A DNA stretch of 64,000 nt from a virus: the IMG/VR virus record IMGVR_UViG_3300030049_000007. One strand, 5' to 3'. The translations under genes and the position numbers were made by a program. Shown here piece by piece: positions 10,137 through 20,232 of this stretch. The notes under the pieces are model-generated. The model made no database searches and was not told the origin of the DNA. It saw only the letters and a list, made by a program, of their open reading frames with translations. Position 1 is the first letter of the stretch; every line of letters begins with the position of its first letter.

Positions 10137-10286
10137 ATGAGTTTAATTAAGTTAGCAGCTACTATAGCAAATAAAGAAGCTCTTAAGAAGACTAAGAAAT
10201 ACCTTCTTAATGGACTTGCTCTTACTGGTGTAGGAACTGGTTTGTATGGAGATGCTTTATTGCTTAAGAAGATGCTAAAGAAATAA
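10137..10286 (+). CDS. 49-aa basic protein with MSLIKLAA leader and Gly-rich hydrophobic segment (not in ORF track)
   Basis: Translated by hand: MSLIKLAATIANKEALKKTKKYLLNGLALTGVGTGLYGDALLLKKMLKK. Confidence 0.65.
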   Translation: MSLIKLAATIANKEALKKTKKYLLNGLALTGVGTGLYGDALLLKKMLKK

Positions 10287-10290
10287 TATA

Positions 10291-10995
10291 ATGTCAATTG
10301 AAATTATTGCAGAATTAGTTGCAAAAAATGGTGCATCTTTTGCCCTCATGGATGATAACAACATCCGTGGGGGTTTTAGATGTGTAACTAATTTAACTGA
10401 ACGTAATTCGATTTCATCCGATAAATTAAAATACGGAATGAAAGTTTTCGTACAAAGTACAGATTTAGTATATCAATTACAGTCAGATTTAATTACTTGG
10501 ATAGTAGATACAGCACTAAGCCAGTCATTGCAATCTGCCTATAATAATGGGAACACAATCCAATTAGTAAATGGTAGTCCTTTTATTATTACAGATGGTA
10601 CAAATAATATACTAACAGTTTCAAATGATGATATAATAAATTTTAACACTACGTTATGTGGACAAAACTATACATCTAATATTACAATTAACGTTGCAAC
10701 TAATTCTAGTAATATTATTGTTGACACTTCAGATAAAACTACTTATAGAGCTATTCAATATTTTTACACCATTAGTAATTCAGATGCATCAGGATATGAA
10801 ACTGGACAGCTTTTTTTAATTCAAGATGGACTTAATTCAAGTCTATATGCTATACTCGGTAACAGTATAGGACTGGCAACTGGATCACAATTCTCTTCAA
10901 TTATTTCAGGAAATAATCTTAATTTAATGGTAACTACTGATAATTCTGGTGAGTTTTCTCGAATAGTTCATTTATTTAAAGTAGCTTTAATTTAA
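10291..10995 (+). CDS. Virion structural/fibre-associated protein
   Basis: IRGGFR...GMKVFVQ...YQL head motif; C-terminal domain similar to that of 11004..12596. Confidence 0.55.
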   Translation: MSIEIIAELVAKNGASFALMDDNNIRGGFRCVTNLTERNSISSDKLKYGMKVFVQSTDLVYQLQSDLITWIVDTALSQSLQSAYNNGNTIQLVNGSPFIITDGTNNILTVSNDDIINFNTTLCGQNYTSNITINVATNSSNIIVDTSDKTTYRAIQYFYTISNSDASGYETGQLFLIQDGLNSSLYAILGNSIGLATGSQFSSIISGNNLNLMVTTDNSGEFSRIVHLFKVALI

Positions 10996-11003
10996 GGTAG
11001 AAT

Positions 11004-12596
11004 ATGTCCAAAATTATATTACCATTGAATCAAACTCATACCATTACTGTAAATAATGGTACTGTAAGATCATTTTTATTTAATGCTGATGGAACTGCTA
11101 CTATTCCAGGCAATGTTAATCTTGGTAATACTACAAATGGTTATCATGTAATTTTAAATACAGCAAATATAACTACTTCTGATAAAACTTTTACATTTAA
11201 TAATAGAAGTGGAACGTTAGCTTTAGAAGATAATACCTCTTTAATTAATATGTTACCACCATTAACTGGTAATAGTGGTAAATTCTTATCTACTGATGGA
11301 TCTACTGTATTTTGGGGATCTGCCGCTGCTGGTGGATTAACTACTTTAAATGGTATTGGTACTTCTACTTATAGTGCTCAAACATTTGCTATTGGAACTT
11401 CTGGAACTTCGCCAGCTTGGGTAAGTATTTCTAATAATACCAATACTCATACTCTTAATATTCCAATGGCCTCAACCGCTTCTGTTACGGCTGGTTTATT
11501 AAGTAATACAGATTACGGAAATATTCCTTTTGAAAATACTTCCAATACTTTTGCTGGAACTCAGACTTTTACTAATGCTCCAATTATTACTACTCCATCC
11601 ACAGCCTCTAACGCAGTTGCTACTTATGGACAATTACAAACTGCTCAAGCTGGCTTATCTATTCGTCCTCCAGTTGCGGCAATAGATACAGTAGATACCA
11701 CATTACCAACTAGTAACCCAGTAGTAGATACTTATTCGGTGGCTCTTGGTGATCGTATCTTATTTACGGCATTAAGTTCTGGAAACAATGAAGTTTATGT
11801 TGCTGGTGGAACACTTTCATCAATGACATGGACTTTAGCTACTGATGGACAAGCTGGTACCGGTTTACCTAGTAAGGGTGATATTTTATTTATCAAGAAT
11901 GGTACGGTTCATTCTAATCAACAGTATGCATACGAAGGAACTAACTGGGTTCAATACAGTGCCGCCCAACCCTGGACTTTCTCTACTGGCTTAAGTGTAG
12001 TAGGACAAACAGTAACTGTATCTTTCGGAACAACCTCTACTACAGCTTGCGTAGGTAATGATTCCAGATTATCTGATTCTAGAACTCCATTAGCACATAC
12101 TTTAGATGGTGCATTACATACAATTAGTGGTAAAACTGCCGGCCAAGTTATGTTGGCTACTTCGGCAACTACTTTTGGTTTTACTACTATTAGTGGTGAT
12201 TTAGGAATTTCCGCTACTGGCGTAGCAACTATTTCTACTATTAATAGTATAGCTCTTAGCGATGTTGGTTTACAGCAAAATATAGCTACTTTAGCTGATA
12301 ACACCAGTACGGCATCATTAGTAACTGGATGTTCTTGGGCTATCGCAAGTTATAGAACTATTAGAATTTCTTTTAGTATTACTAGAGGTTCTGGAAATTA
12401 TAGTACGGGATATATAGTATTATTACATGATGGAACAACTCCTAGAGTAACTTATATTGAAGATGATTCTATTGGAACTAATGGAATAACTTTTACCACA
12501 GCTATTAATACTGGTAATATTCAATTATTATATACCACTACATCTACTGGTAGTTCGGCTACTATTAGATTCAGAACTGAAACATTTGCAATATAA
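11004..12596 (+). CDS. Tail fibre protein
   Basis: GNSGKFLSTDG..VFW, GNDSRLSDSRTPLAH and GDRIL fibre motifs. Confidence 0.7.
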   Translation: MSKIILPLNQTHTITVNNGTVRSFLFNADGTATIPGNVNLGNTTNGYHVILNTANITTSDKTFTFNNRSGTLALEDNTSLINMLPPLTGNSGKFLSTDGSTVFWGSAAAGGLTTLNGIGTSTYSAQTFAIGTSGTSPAWVSISNNTNTHTLNIPMASTASVTAGLLSNTDYGNIPFENTSNTFAGTQTFTNAPIITTPSTASNAVATYGQLQTAQAGLSIRPPVAAIDTVDTTLPTSNPVVDTYSVALGDRILFTALSSGNNEVYVAGGTLSSMTWTLATDGQAGTGLPSKGDILFIKNGTVHSNQQYAYEGTNWVQYSAAQPWTFSTGLSVVGQTVTVSFGTTSTTACVGNDSRLSDSRTPLAHTLDGALHTISGKTAGQVMLATSATTFGFTTISGDLGISATGVATISTINSIALSDVGLQQNIATLADNTSTASLVTGCSWAIASYRTIRISFSITRGSGNYSTGYIVLLHDGTTPRVTYIEDDSIGTNGITFTTAINTGNIQLLYTTTSTGSSATIRFRTETFAI

Positions 12597-12656
12597 TACA
12601 ATCTAAAATAACCATCGTGAATTATTTTTAATAATTCACGCTTTCATCTGAAAGCG

Positions 12657-15137
12657 ATGGCGATAATGCAAAAGTTTAAACAAGGGCTTGAGCTCTTTGG
12701 TTTACAAATAAGAAATACGGCAGCAGGATTTTTAGGAATATTTACTCATTCTAATACTGCCGATAGAACTTATACTCTTCCAGACAAATCAGGAACTGTA
12801 GCAATGACCTCTGATATTGTTTCTGGAGGAACGGTTAGTTCTCTTAGTGTAACTTCAGCTAATGGTTTCTCTGGAACAGTTGCTAATTCTACTACTACAC
12901 CAGCCATCACTATTGGGACCACGGTTGCGGCGGGGATGGTCAAGAGTACCGGGACAGGGTTGACGGGGGCTACCGCTGGGACAGATTATGTAAACCCAAT
13001 TACTCTCGCTGGTGTGTCTGGAGCTTCCGGGGTCGGTGATTCTATTTATTCTGGGGTGTCCCTTACGCAACATCAAATTAATTCTATGGATATTACATTT
13101 GAATCTTTTGGAGCAGATCCTACCGGAGTAAATGATAGTACCCCTGCATTTAATTCAGCTATAGCCTATGTGGTTACTATAGGGGCTGGGCTTATTGGCT
13201 CAAATAATTCAACAGGGCAAGGTGCAAGAATAAGGGTAGGAACTCCCGGTGCCATATTTAAGATATCAGGCACCGTTATAGTGGTGTCTGGACTCAAGAT
13301 AGACTTATCTGGAGCTAGGCTAAATGGTGGTGGATATTTAACTACAAGTAATACCTGTTTCCAATCAGGTTATGTATTGAACGGAGCAGTTGTTTCAAAT
13401 GATTTAAATTCTGTTTCTTTCACTGCCTCTACTATAAATAATAGTAATATCATCACTGTTGTAGGAACTGTAACTGGACAGGGAATATCAGTAGGTGGTG
13501 TAGTATATGGAACAGGAATCCCCTATCAAGCATCAATTCTAACTTTTGGTACATCAGGAACCACAGGAACTGGAGGAGCAGGAACTTATGCCTTGAGTGC
13601 CAATGCCCAAACAACAGGAAGTGGAACCTGCACCCAGGGTATGCAGTCTTATGTTGTAGGCCTAGAAATTCGTAATGGATTTTTTAGCAATTTCGGCCGG
13701 GCTCTATCTATGGCAGGGTGTATTGATGGTTGTATCTTTGAAGGCTGTATTTCATACAATTGCTTATATCATATTTATGCCTACAATAGCTTCTACAGTT
13801 TGTGGTGCAATCATACTGCTAGAGGTTCTGCTGGGGGAGCAACTAACGGGGTTTTCCATTTTGATAGCTGGGTTAATGTCCAGGAGATTGAAAGTGTATT
13901 CTCTGTGGGACGATATCAGGCTTTTGAGTTCTTTAATTATGTTGATGGATTATCATTGAGAAACTGTGGATGTGAAGGTCCAGGAACTAATGGGATGCTG
14001 TTTGGCGGGGAAGTAGATTTACTAGAAATACGGAACTGTTACTTTGAGAACCTAACTGGCAACGCATTGAATTTCTCGGCAGCCTACCCGCATAAGAACG
14101 TGACCATCGACAACAACTGGTTCAACAACGTGGCGACCCTTTTCAACGGGGTTCAGATGGGTAGTGGAAGCACTTGGGGTCGTGGCAATCAAGTTAACCC
14201 AAGCAACACATGGGTGACTGGAACCATATATAGTGTAAGCCAGATGGTATTTGCCAATGGGTCAAACTGGGTTTGTACTACTATGCATACCGCTGGGACT
14301 TTCGCAACTGACCTAGCAGCAGGTAAATGGACTACAGGTGCCTCAGTCTACCTTGGTGATGACATATATAATTATATGGATGTGACAATCCCAGATGCTA
14401 TAGCCCAGGATGTTAATCACACTATGTTCAGTGGGACTATTTCAGGCAATTTACTTACAGTAGGGACCTTCTTTGTTGGAACCACAATTACTGTTAATGG
14501 CACTTTATCTGGTCCTGGTATTGCTGCTGGAGTAACTATTACTGGGTTTAATAGTGGAACTGGTGGAGTGGGAACAGTAGCTACTCTGTCAGCATCACCT
14601 GGAAACTTGTCTGGTGTTCAGATGGGTTGTGCTCCTTTACCTGTAGCTAATCCAAGTTTCACATTCAGTGCCACAGGTGGGCAATACGCCAAGGTGAACG
14701 TCCATGGGCGCATGGTCATCAACTCAAACAGTAATGGCCTCGCCTTGGTGGTTGCGGAAGGTGCAGCGTTCACCTACAACCCAAAGCCATTCTGCTACTT
14801 CGGTGTGAGCGGCTATATCCCCAACCAAGTGGCGTTCTGCACTGAGTATTACTCTGGAACCGGTACCGCCACTATCCTGGTCATCGATACACGGATTGTC
14901 TATGACCCCTACGTAATGGGGGTTTTCGCTCTCAAGATCATCGCTGTCGGTGTCAACACCTACGCCCTGTGTGGCAAGTTCTACGGGCTTGCGGTGGCCG
15001 TTGATATAAATGGAGGCTCTTTCACTGTTGCTGCTTCGAACAATACTGGATCTATCCGGTTCACAATCTCAGGCGCAACCGGCTTTACCGCAGCAACTAG
15101 CGGGGCTGCGGCTGAAGGCATTATAAGATTGGTATGA
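12657..15137 (+). CDS. Tailspike / receptor-binding protein with pectate-lyase-like beta-helix and CBM5/12-like insert
   Basis: FGADPTGVNDSTPAF cap motif; beta-helix repeats; WVTGTIYSVSQMV..NG..WVC...H segment. Confidence 0.75.
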   Translation: MAIMQKFKQGLELFGLQIRNTAAGFLGIFTHSNTADRTYTLPDKSGTVAMTSDIVSGGTVSSLSVTSANGFSGTVANSTTTPAITIGTTVAAGMVKSTGTGLTGATAGTDYVNPITLAGVSGASGVGDSIYSGVSLTQHQINSMDITFESFGADPTGVNDSTPAFNSAIAYVVTIGAGLIGSNNSTGQGARIRVGTPGAIFKISGTVIVVSGLKIDLSGARLNGGGYLTTSNTCFQSGYVLNGAVVSNDLNSVSFTASTINNSNIITVVGTVTGQGISVGGVVYGTGIPYQASILTFGTSGTTGTGGAGTYALSANAQTTGSGTCTQGMQSYVVGLEIRNGFFSNFGRALSMAGCIDGCIFEGCISYNCLYHIYAYNSFYSLWCNHTARGSAGGATNGVFHFDSWVNVQEIESVFSVGRYQAFEFFNYVDGLSLRNCGCEGPGTNGMLFGGEVDLLEIRNCYFENLTGNALNFSAAYPHKNVTIDNNWFNNVATLFNGVQMGSGSTWGRGNQVNPSNTWVTGTIYSVSQMVFANGSNWVCTTMHTAGTFATDLAAGKWTTGASVYLGDDIYNYMDVTIPDAIAQDVNHTMFSGTISGNLLTVGTFFVGTTITVNGTLSGPGIAAGVTITGFNSGTGGVGTVATLSASPGNLSGVQMGCAPLPVANPSFTFSATGGQYAKVNVHGRMVINSNSNGLALVVAEGAAFTYNPKPFCYFGVSGYIPNQVAFCTEYYSGTGTATILVIDTRIVYDPYVMGVFALKIIAVGVNTYALCGKFYGLAVAVDINGGSFTVAASNNTGSIRFTISGATGFTAATSGAAAEGIIRLV

Positions 15138-15327
15138 TACTTATCTGTGGGTAAAATGGCGCATGGAGGGCCGGATGTCACCTGATTTTGAGGCGTGGTT
15201 GATGCGGAGTGATAAATATAGTAATTTTATTATTAATTAAAATATAATTTACTATAGATAATGAAATCAAAAAATATCTAAATTTTCATGATAATTCTGT
15301 GTTAAAATAATAAAAAGGAGTGACGCT

Positions 15328-16380
15328 ATGCCAACTTTATCCAAAGCCTCTACAGTGGCTTTATATGCTAGTTATTTTACTAGATTAAATAATCTTCCAG
15401 CCACAATTAAGCGAGATACTACAGCCAGTCCATTAGTAAGATCTATTCTTGCTGATGAATTATCTTTACTTCAGGCAATTAGTACTGATAATACTTATAG
15501 TATTAATTTTGTAGAACCTCGTGTAACTATTACTCCATATAGTTCTGGAACTAGACCTTATAAAATTGAAACTGGTACAGCAATTTCATATTCTATTGGA
15601 ACTACTGGTGGTGAGACTAGTTCTACTAACGTGTTTAGCGCAAAGATACTTCCGGCGTGGCTTACTTTAAATAGCTCTACCGGTGCTTTAACTGGAACCG
15701 CACCAGCTATTACAAGTACTCATTATAACGCAAAAACTGGTGGAACTGTTGCTAATTTATCTGATGAATATCCTACATCTTTAGTAAGTGTAAATAATGA
15801 TTTTGGTCAAGCTGTAAATGGTCCTTATCCATTTACGTTTACTGTAGTTTCAGCTAGCACACCTACGGTTACTAGTGCATCTACTATCAATACTACCCCT
15901 GGAAATGCATTCACTTATACAATTACCGCTAATAATACTCCTACTTCATTTGTTGCTTATGATATTACTACTTTAGGAGCATTAACCACTGTAGCTTCAA
16001 CCGGAGTAATATCTGGAACAGTCTCTGCTTCTTTAGCAACTGGAACTTATAATATTTATGTTGCCGGTGTTAATGCAAGTGGAGAAGGTATTGATCAGGC
16101 AGTAGTTGTTACAGTTGGAAATGTTCCTGTAGTTTCTAGTGCTGCTACTTATACTACGGTTCATAATACTGCATTTAGTTATAGTATTACCGCTTCTAAT
16201 ACTCCAACTTCTTACTCTGCAACTGGTTTAGCTGCATTAACTGGAGTTTCACTTAATGCTTCAACTGGTGCTATTACCGGAACCGTTACTGCCGTAGCTG
16301 GAACTTATGTAATTACAGTTACCGCTACTAATGCTTATGGTTCTAGCGTTGCTGAGACCGTTACAGTTACTTTAACCTAA
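15328..16380 (+). CDS. Ig-repeat (putative Ig/He_PIG-like) virion surface protein
   Basis: Three LPxWL/LxGV-xxxxxTGxIxGT repeats; AAGGAG SD; TGTTAAAAT extended -10 upstream. Confidence 0.75.
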   Translation: MPTLSKASTVALYASYFTRLNNLPATIKRDTTASPLVRSILADELSLLQAISTDNTYSINFVEPRVTITPYSSGTRPYKIETGTAISYSIGTTGGETSSTNVFSAKILPAWLTLNSSTGALTGTAPAITSTHYNAKTGGTVANLSDEYPTSLVSVNNDFGQAVNGPYPFTFTVVSASTPTVTSASTINTTPGNAFTYTITANNTPTSFVAYDITTLGALTTVASTGVISGTVSASLATGTYNIYVAGVNASGEGIDQAVVVTVGNVPVVSSAATYTTVHNTAFSYSITASNTPTSYSATGLAALTGVSLNASTGAITGTVTAVAGTYVITVTATNAYGSSVAETVTVTLT

Positions 16381-16402
16381 TAAGTTAAATAGCTAAAAAG
16401 TA

Positions 16403-16427
16403 AAAGGCCCCTTTCGGGGCCTTTTCT
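16403..16427. terminator. Bidirectional intrinsic terminator
   Basis: AAAAGGCCCC-TTTC-GGGGCCTTTT between convergent genes. Confidence 0.85.
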
Positions 16428-16432
16428 TTATC

Positions 16433-16885
16433 TTAACACTGACGTTCGGGTGGCCATATGCCAAAATGCAAATCTCGTTTCAGTTTCGCAACCATTTCGA
16501 TTGTCTTTTTTGGCATATCTGGTTCATTGATATATTCTGGACGAGTCCAAAAATCAGAACCAAATTTTGCATCAAGTTTATTACCAAGACCTTTATTATT
16601 GGGTAAAGTTAAATCTTGAATCAAATAATCTCGATTTGAACTATTAACTCTTGCTCCAATAATTCCATTACTGTCGATGACTACACCCCAATAGCGATTT
16701 TTCCAGATACCGATTGGACATGCGAATAGACGGGTCTTTCCCTGCGTAGATTTAATCGGAATAAAGACAAGATTACCTTTCTCCGTTATTACAGCGCTCA
16801 TTATGTCTCCATCTTTAACATTAAATTCAGACGGAAGTGTAATGCGCCGACTCTTTCCTACGCGAACTTCAACGATTCCAGACAT
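16433..16885 (-). CDS. Protein with N-terminal AbrB/MazE-like DNA-binding domain
   Basis: VRVGKSRRITLP...VKDGD...GNLVFIP. Confidence 0.55.
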   Translation of the reverse strand: MSGIVEVRVGKSRRITLPSEFNVKDGDIMSAVITEKGNLVFIPIKSTQGKTRLFACPIGIWKNRYWGVVIDSNGIIGARVNSSNRDYLIQDLTLPNNKGLGNKLDAKFGSDFWTRPEYINEPDMPKKTIEMVAKLKRDLHFGIWPPERQC

Positions 16886-16960
16886 ATGGCCACCTACAGG
16901 AGAAGCACTTGGAAGTGCTTAGTTAAAAGAAAATACGCCATGTATTTTCTTTGAATAAAC

Positions 16961-17034
16961 TGGATGAGGTCTAGGGACTCGAACCCTAATCTGCTCCGTC
17001 AAAGGGAGCGGTCCTACCGTTGAACGAAACCCCA
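16961..17034 (-). tRNA. tRNA-Gln(TTG)
   Basis: Cloverleaf; gctcc-CT TTG AC-ggagc; encoded CCA. Confidence 0.9.
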
Positions 17035-17094
17035 AATGTTCGGATTTAACCACTAATCTAATACTCTTCCTCTTATCCGAAAGGTAGAAGAGAT

Positions 17095-17172
17095 TGGTCG
17101 GAATGACTGGATTTGAACCAGCGTTATGCTTGCTCCCAAAGCAAGTGGAAAACCAGACTTTCCTACATTCCG
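17095..17172 (-). tRNA. tRNA-Pro(TGG)
   Basis: cttgc-TT TGG GA-gcaag; CCA. Confidence 0.9.
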
Positions 17173-17174
17173 AT

Positions 17175-17249
17175 TGGTAGTCACGAGGAATTTTGAAATC
17201 CTGACCCTCGGTGTGTAAAACCGATGCTCTGCCTCTGAGCTACGCGACT
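17175..17249 (-). tRNA. tRNA-Val(TAC)
   Basis: tcggt-TT TAC AC-accga; CCA. Confidence 0.85.
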
Positions 17250-17508
17250 ATTTATAAGTCTCCAATTATGCCAAATTGGAAAACGATTTTCGCCGCAACG
17301 AATTTTAATCTCAATCATTAAGGTCTTCTAGAATCCCAAAATGATTTTACTGGATTCGCACCAGATTTTTAGATCTCTATTCCAGATCGTCTACTATCAT
17401 CCTGTACATGACGAAGTGCAATCTGTTTGTTGCGGTTTATTATATGCGCCTCGGAGGAGTAACCCAACACTTATACAATTCCCGATATTTTAGAACGGCG
17501 CATTAGAT

Positions 17509-17584
17509 TGGAGCGGATAGCCAGACTTGAACTGGTCTTCTTCAGCTTGGAAGGCTGAGGCACAAACCCTTATACCATACCCGC
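17509..17584 (-). tRNA. tRNA-Gly(TCC)
   Basis: tcagc-CT TCC AA-gctga; U73; CCA. Confidence 0.9.
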
Positions 17585-17670
17585 AAAAACTGTTTCATCT
17601 ACTAGCCATCATCTCCGGACCTTTCGGAACTATTGAGATTTAGGTTACGGTTAATTTGTAGACTTTCGAT

Positions 17671-17763
17671 TGGTACCCCCTACAGGATTCGAACCTGTGC
17701 TACTCGCTAATCTGGCGATCCGGGGTTATAAGGCCCGTGTGCTAACCACTACACCAAAGGGGC
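17671..17763 (-). tRNA. tRNA with TAT anticodon (Ile) and long variable arm
   Basis: Loop CT TAT AA; extra arm containing tcgc/gcga stem; GGTTCGAATCC T-arm; CCA. Confidence 0.8.
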
Positions 17764-17903
17764 ATTTAAAATATGAGAGTTATTCGATACTCACAAACGC
17801 TTTTCTAGTGCATTATCAAGCCCGAAAGTTGAGCAAGATAGGGAACGGTCTTAAAGTCACCGCCAAACTATCGCAGATAAGTCAAGGGACTAAATCTGCA
17901 ATC

Positions 17904-18158
17904 TTATCGATTCCCGCGTTCCTTGCTCCCGCGGGAATTGGCCTTGGGCGGCGTCATATAGCGAGCCGCTTTATTAGCGACCTTCTTGTTGCTCATGGGA
18001 TTGGCCGGAACGTTGTTCTTGTTCCAGGAAGTTCCGATGGCGTTTTTCCATTCGATCTTCTGAACGAAAACGAATCCACCTTTCTTGATAGCTTCTTCGG
18101 CCCGTTCATTGGAGACGCGGGTAACTTCATTGGTCTTGGTATTACAGATGCACTTCAT
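17904..18158 (-). CDS. Small basic hypothetical protein
   Basis: GGAGGAG SD; GC-richer codons than the genome average. Confidence 0.65.
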   Translation of the reverse strand: MKCICNTKTNEVTRVSNERAEEAIKKGGFVFVQKIEWKNAIGTSWNKNNVPANPMSNKKVANKAARYMTPPKANSRGSKERGNR

Positions 18159-18450
18159 GGGATTTCTCCTCCATGCGGTTGGTTGAAAAGAAAGTTAAGG
18201 TTCATGTTACCTTTAGTGGGTGATCAAACCCATTAAGCCAAGTGTGGTGGCCTACCTTAACATAACATCCTATAGGTTTTCTAAGATGTTGCCTAGATTA
18301 TGCTATTATTATTCCGATAGGCAACGAATCGGTAATAGGCATTGGATTTACCTATACTATATTCTCAACTGCAATACATTCCGCTTAGTAACGGTTTCGT
18401 TGAGACTCGCTAAAGTTTGGTTCTCATACTATACCAAGTATGAAAACGAT

Positions 18451-18527
18451 TGGTGGACCCACCCGAACTCGAATCGGGAACAACCACATTAAAAGTGTGG
18501 GGCTCTAACCAGTTGAGCTATAGGTCC
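18451..18527 (-). tRNA. tRNA-Lys(TTT)
   Basis: ccaca-CT TTT AA-tgtgg; CCA. Confidence 0.9.
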
Positions 18528-18535
18528 AATTTTTA

Positions 18536-18931
18536 CTAAGATTTTCGTTGATGTGTTTTTCTGTATTCTTTCACATAATCTGCTTGAGCTTTCCTACATA
18601 ATTCACAGTGACAATACCTATACGACGATAATGTTCCGTGATTTATTTTTGCATCTTTTTGGTTTAGGTCAATTAATGTTTTCTTTTGATGACATTTTTG
18701 GCAAAGTAATTGACATTTATTAATCTCTGTCCAAAATTTTATTTCACTCATAGATGACATTTTTGCAATGGAAGTAATTTTTGTTGATCTGTCAATATGA
18801 TCAAATTGTAAATCTTCAGTTGAATTACATTCTTTGCATTTACCTCCAAGTTTTTCAACAGCAACCAATCTTCGTTTTTGCCATCTATTTTTCATATAAT
18901 TATTCATATATTCGTTACTACTTCCGGTCAT
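18536..18931 (-). CDS. HNH endonuclease
   Basis: CKEC...LQFDHID...CQLLCQKCH; C-terminal HGT..Y..C.C..C. Confidence 0.85.
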   Translation of the reverse strand: MTGSSNEYMNNYMKNRWQKRRLVAVEKLGGKCKECNSTEDLQFDHIDRSTKITSIAKMSSMSEIKFWTEINKCQLLCQKCHQKKTLIDLNQKDAKINHGTLSSYRYCHCELCRKAQADYVKEYRKTHQRKS

Positions 18932-19059
18932 AAAATCCTTTCTTTAAAATTTACCGATATCACTTTTATAATCGGCTGTTACAGAATTAACCGGTAGTGA
19001 TTTCTCGTTGAAATCTACTATCTGCATCTAAAGGTTCATCTCCCCAGATTAACCTTTAT

Positions 19060-19135
19060 TGGTAGAGATAACGGGATTCGAACCCGTGTTAATGCCGTGA
19101 AGGGGCAACGTCCTAAACCACTAGACGATATCTCT
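19060..19135 (-). tRNA. tRNA-Glu(TTC), with C at position 33
   Basis: Loop CC TTC AC; perfect acceptor stem; CCA. Confidence 0.8.
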
Positions 19136-19285
19136 ATTGTAAACGACCAGTTTAGGGGCATGTATTTATTATATCACGCAAGCGTGACAATTAGCCAGCC
19201 AAGATAACTGGAAACTCAGTTTTACATCATGAATATTATCGTTTATTCCTCATGATAACCATTTACTATTAGAAATGGTAAGAAT

Positions 19286-19586
19286 TGGTGCTCCCAGTGG
19301 GTCACGATCCCACAATCCCTTTCGGGCGTCAGATTTTACTTACCACTATAGTTTTCACTACCAGACATTATCTGTTTGTGGTCTGGACTATCCCTTCACC
19401 ATAACATATCTGTTTTAGGTGGGTGATTATAGTCTCTGCACGTTCCGATTTCTCGGCTTCGCTCAGGATTGGCATCGGCATTATCCGTTAAGCGTTCCCT
19501 GAATTTACACCTTACTAACATACCGTTTCCAATATGCCGACCCATTTTATCGAGTCTGATGCGTATACCAATTCCGCCATGGGAGC
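19286..19586 (-). tRNA. tRNA-Leu(TAA) interrupted by a group I intron
   Basis: Exons 19553-19586 and 19286-19338 join to give tcaga-CT TAA AA-tctga; long variable arm; CCA. Confidence 0.85.
19339..19552 (-). ncRNA. Group I self-splicing intron (IC3-like, 214 nt, no ORF)
   Basis: P AAATTCAGGGAA, Q AATCCTGAGC, R GCAGAGACTA, S GATAGTCC; P1 with U.G at the 5' splice site; terminal G. Confidence 0.9.
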
Positions 19587-19732
19587 GACGGTAAATCAAT
19601 TTTAAAAAATTAACTCTCATCCTTTTAGCAACCATATAAGATGAAAGCACTTGTGATTTCGATATTTGAGATTATGACATCCTCATATACTGGTTCCAAG
19701 TTGCCCGGCTTCCAGTAATATCCCCCATCACT

Positions 19733-19806
19733 CCAATTTAGCGCGCTAATAAAAACTATCAGCCCTTGCTTGGCTCCCATTTATTTATAGTAGGGAATCA
19801 CTTTTA
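19733..19806 (-). repeat. Copy 1 of a duplicated structured RNA motif
   Basis: Conserved TAAAAGTGATTCCC..GGGAG, GCAAGG and GCGCTA blocks with covarying stems; second copy about 500 bp away. Confidence 0.7.
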
Positions 19807-20232
19807 AAATACTAGGACTCATTTTGAGGACTAACTTCAGTCAACTCAGCCAAGTCTGATGGCCTATCCCAGCTTAACGTCGGAGCCGATCCCGTTTATT
19901 CTTGGCAATTAAAATACGGTTTCTGGATAACCGAAAACCCAAAGTCCTCATAAGAGGCTATCTGATAAATCCCCAATCTTATCTTTGATTCGATTGGTTC
20001 CCATTACTCCATCTACAGATTGTGACTCTGTTTGATGTTTCTTGGCAATTAGATATGTCTGCGAGACATTATCTAATCGAGCGCTGAATAAGACCGCAAG
20101 GTTGCACCTTGGTATTAGACGGTTTATTCAAATTACGCTGTTATGTATTAACGGGAATTCTAATTACCCGTAGCGTAGAGGTTTGCCTTTGATGCCCTCA
20201 CCGCGCCAACCGCCTAACCGGTTTTAACACTT

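Noticed and set aside
14670-15215. Diversity-generating retroelement target at the tailspike C-terminus
   Set aside because: No template repeat or reverse transcriptase in the window
17420-17508. HDV-like (theta) ribozyme after tRNA-Gly
   Set aside because: A P1-like ATGCGCC/GGCGCAT pair exists, but L3 is too short and the GG for P1.1 and the J4/2 motif are absent
17670-18236. 188-aa plus-strand ORF
   Set aside because: Antisense to the UAU tRNA and to the SD-led 84-aa gene; MVPPTGFEP is a typical tRNA shadow translation
19396-19650. 84-aa ORF as an intron-encoded protein
   Set aside because: Runs through the tRNA 5' exon and the intron core; no endonuclease motif
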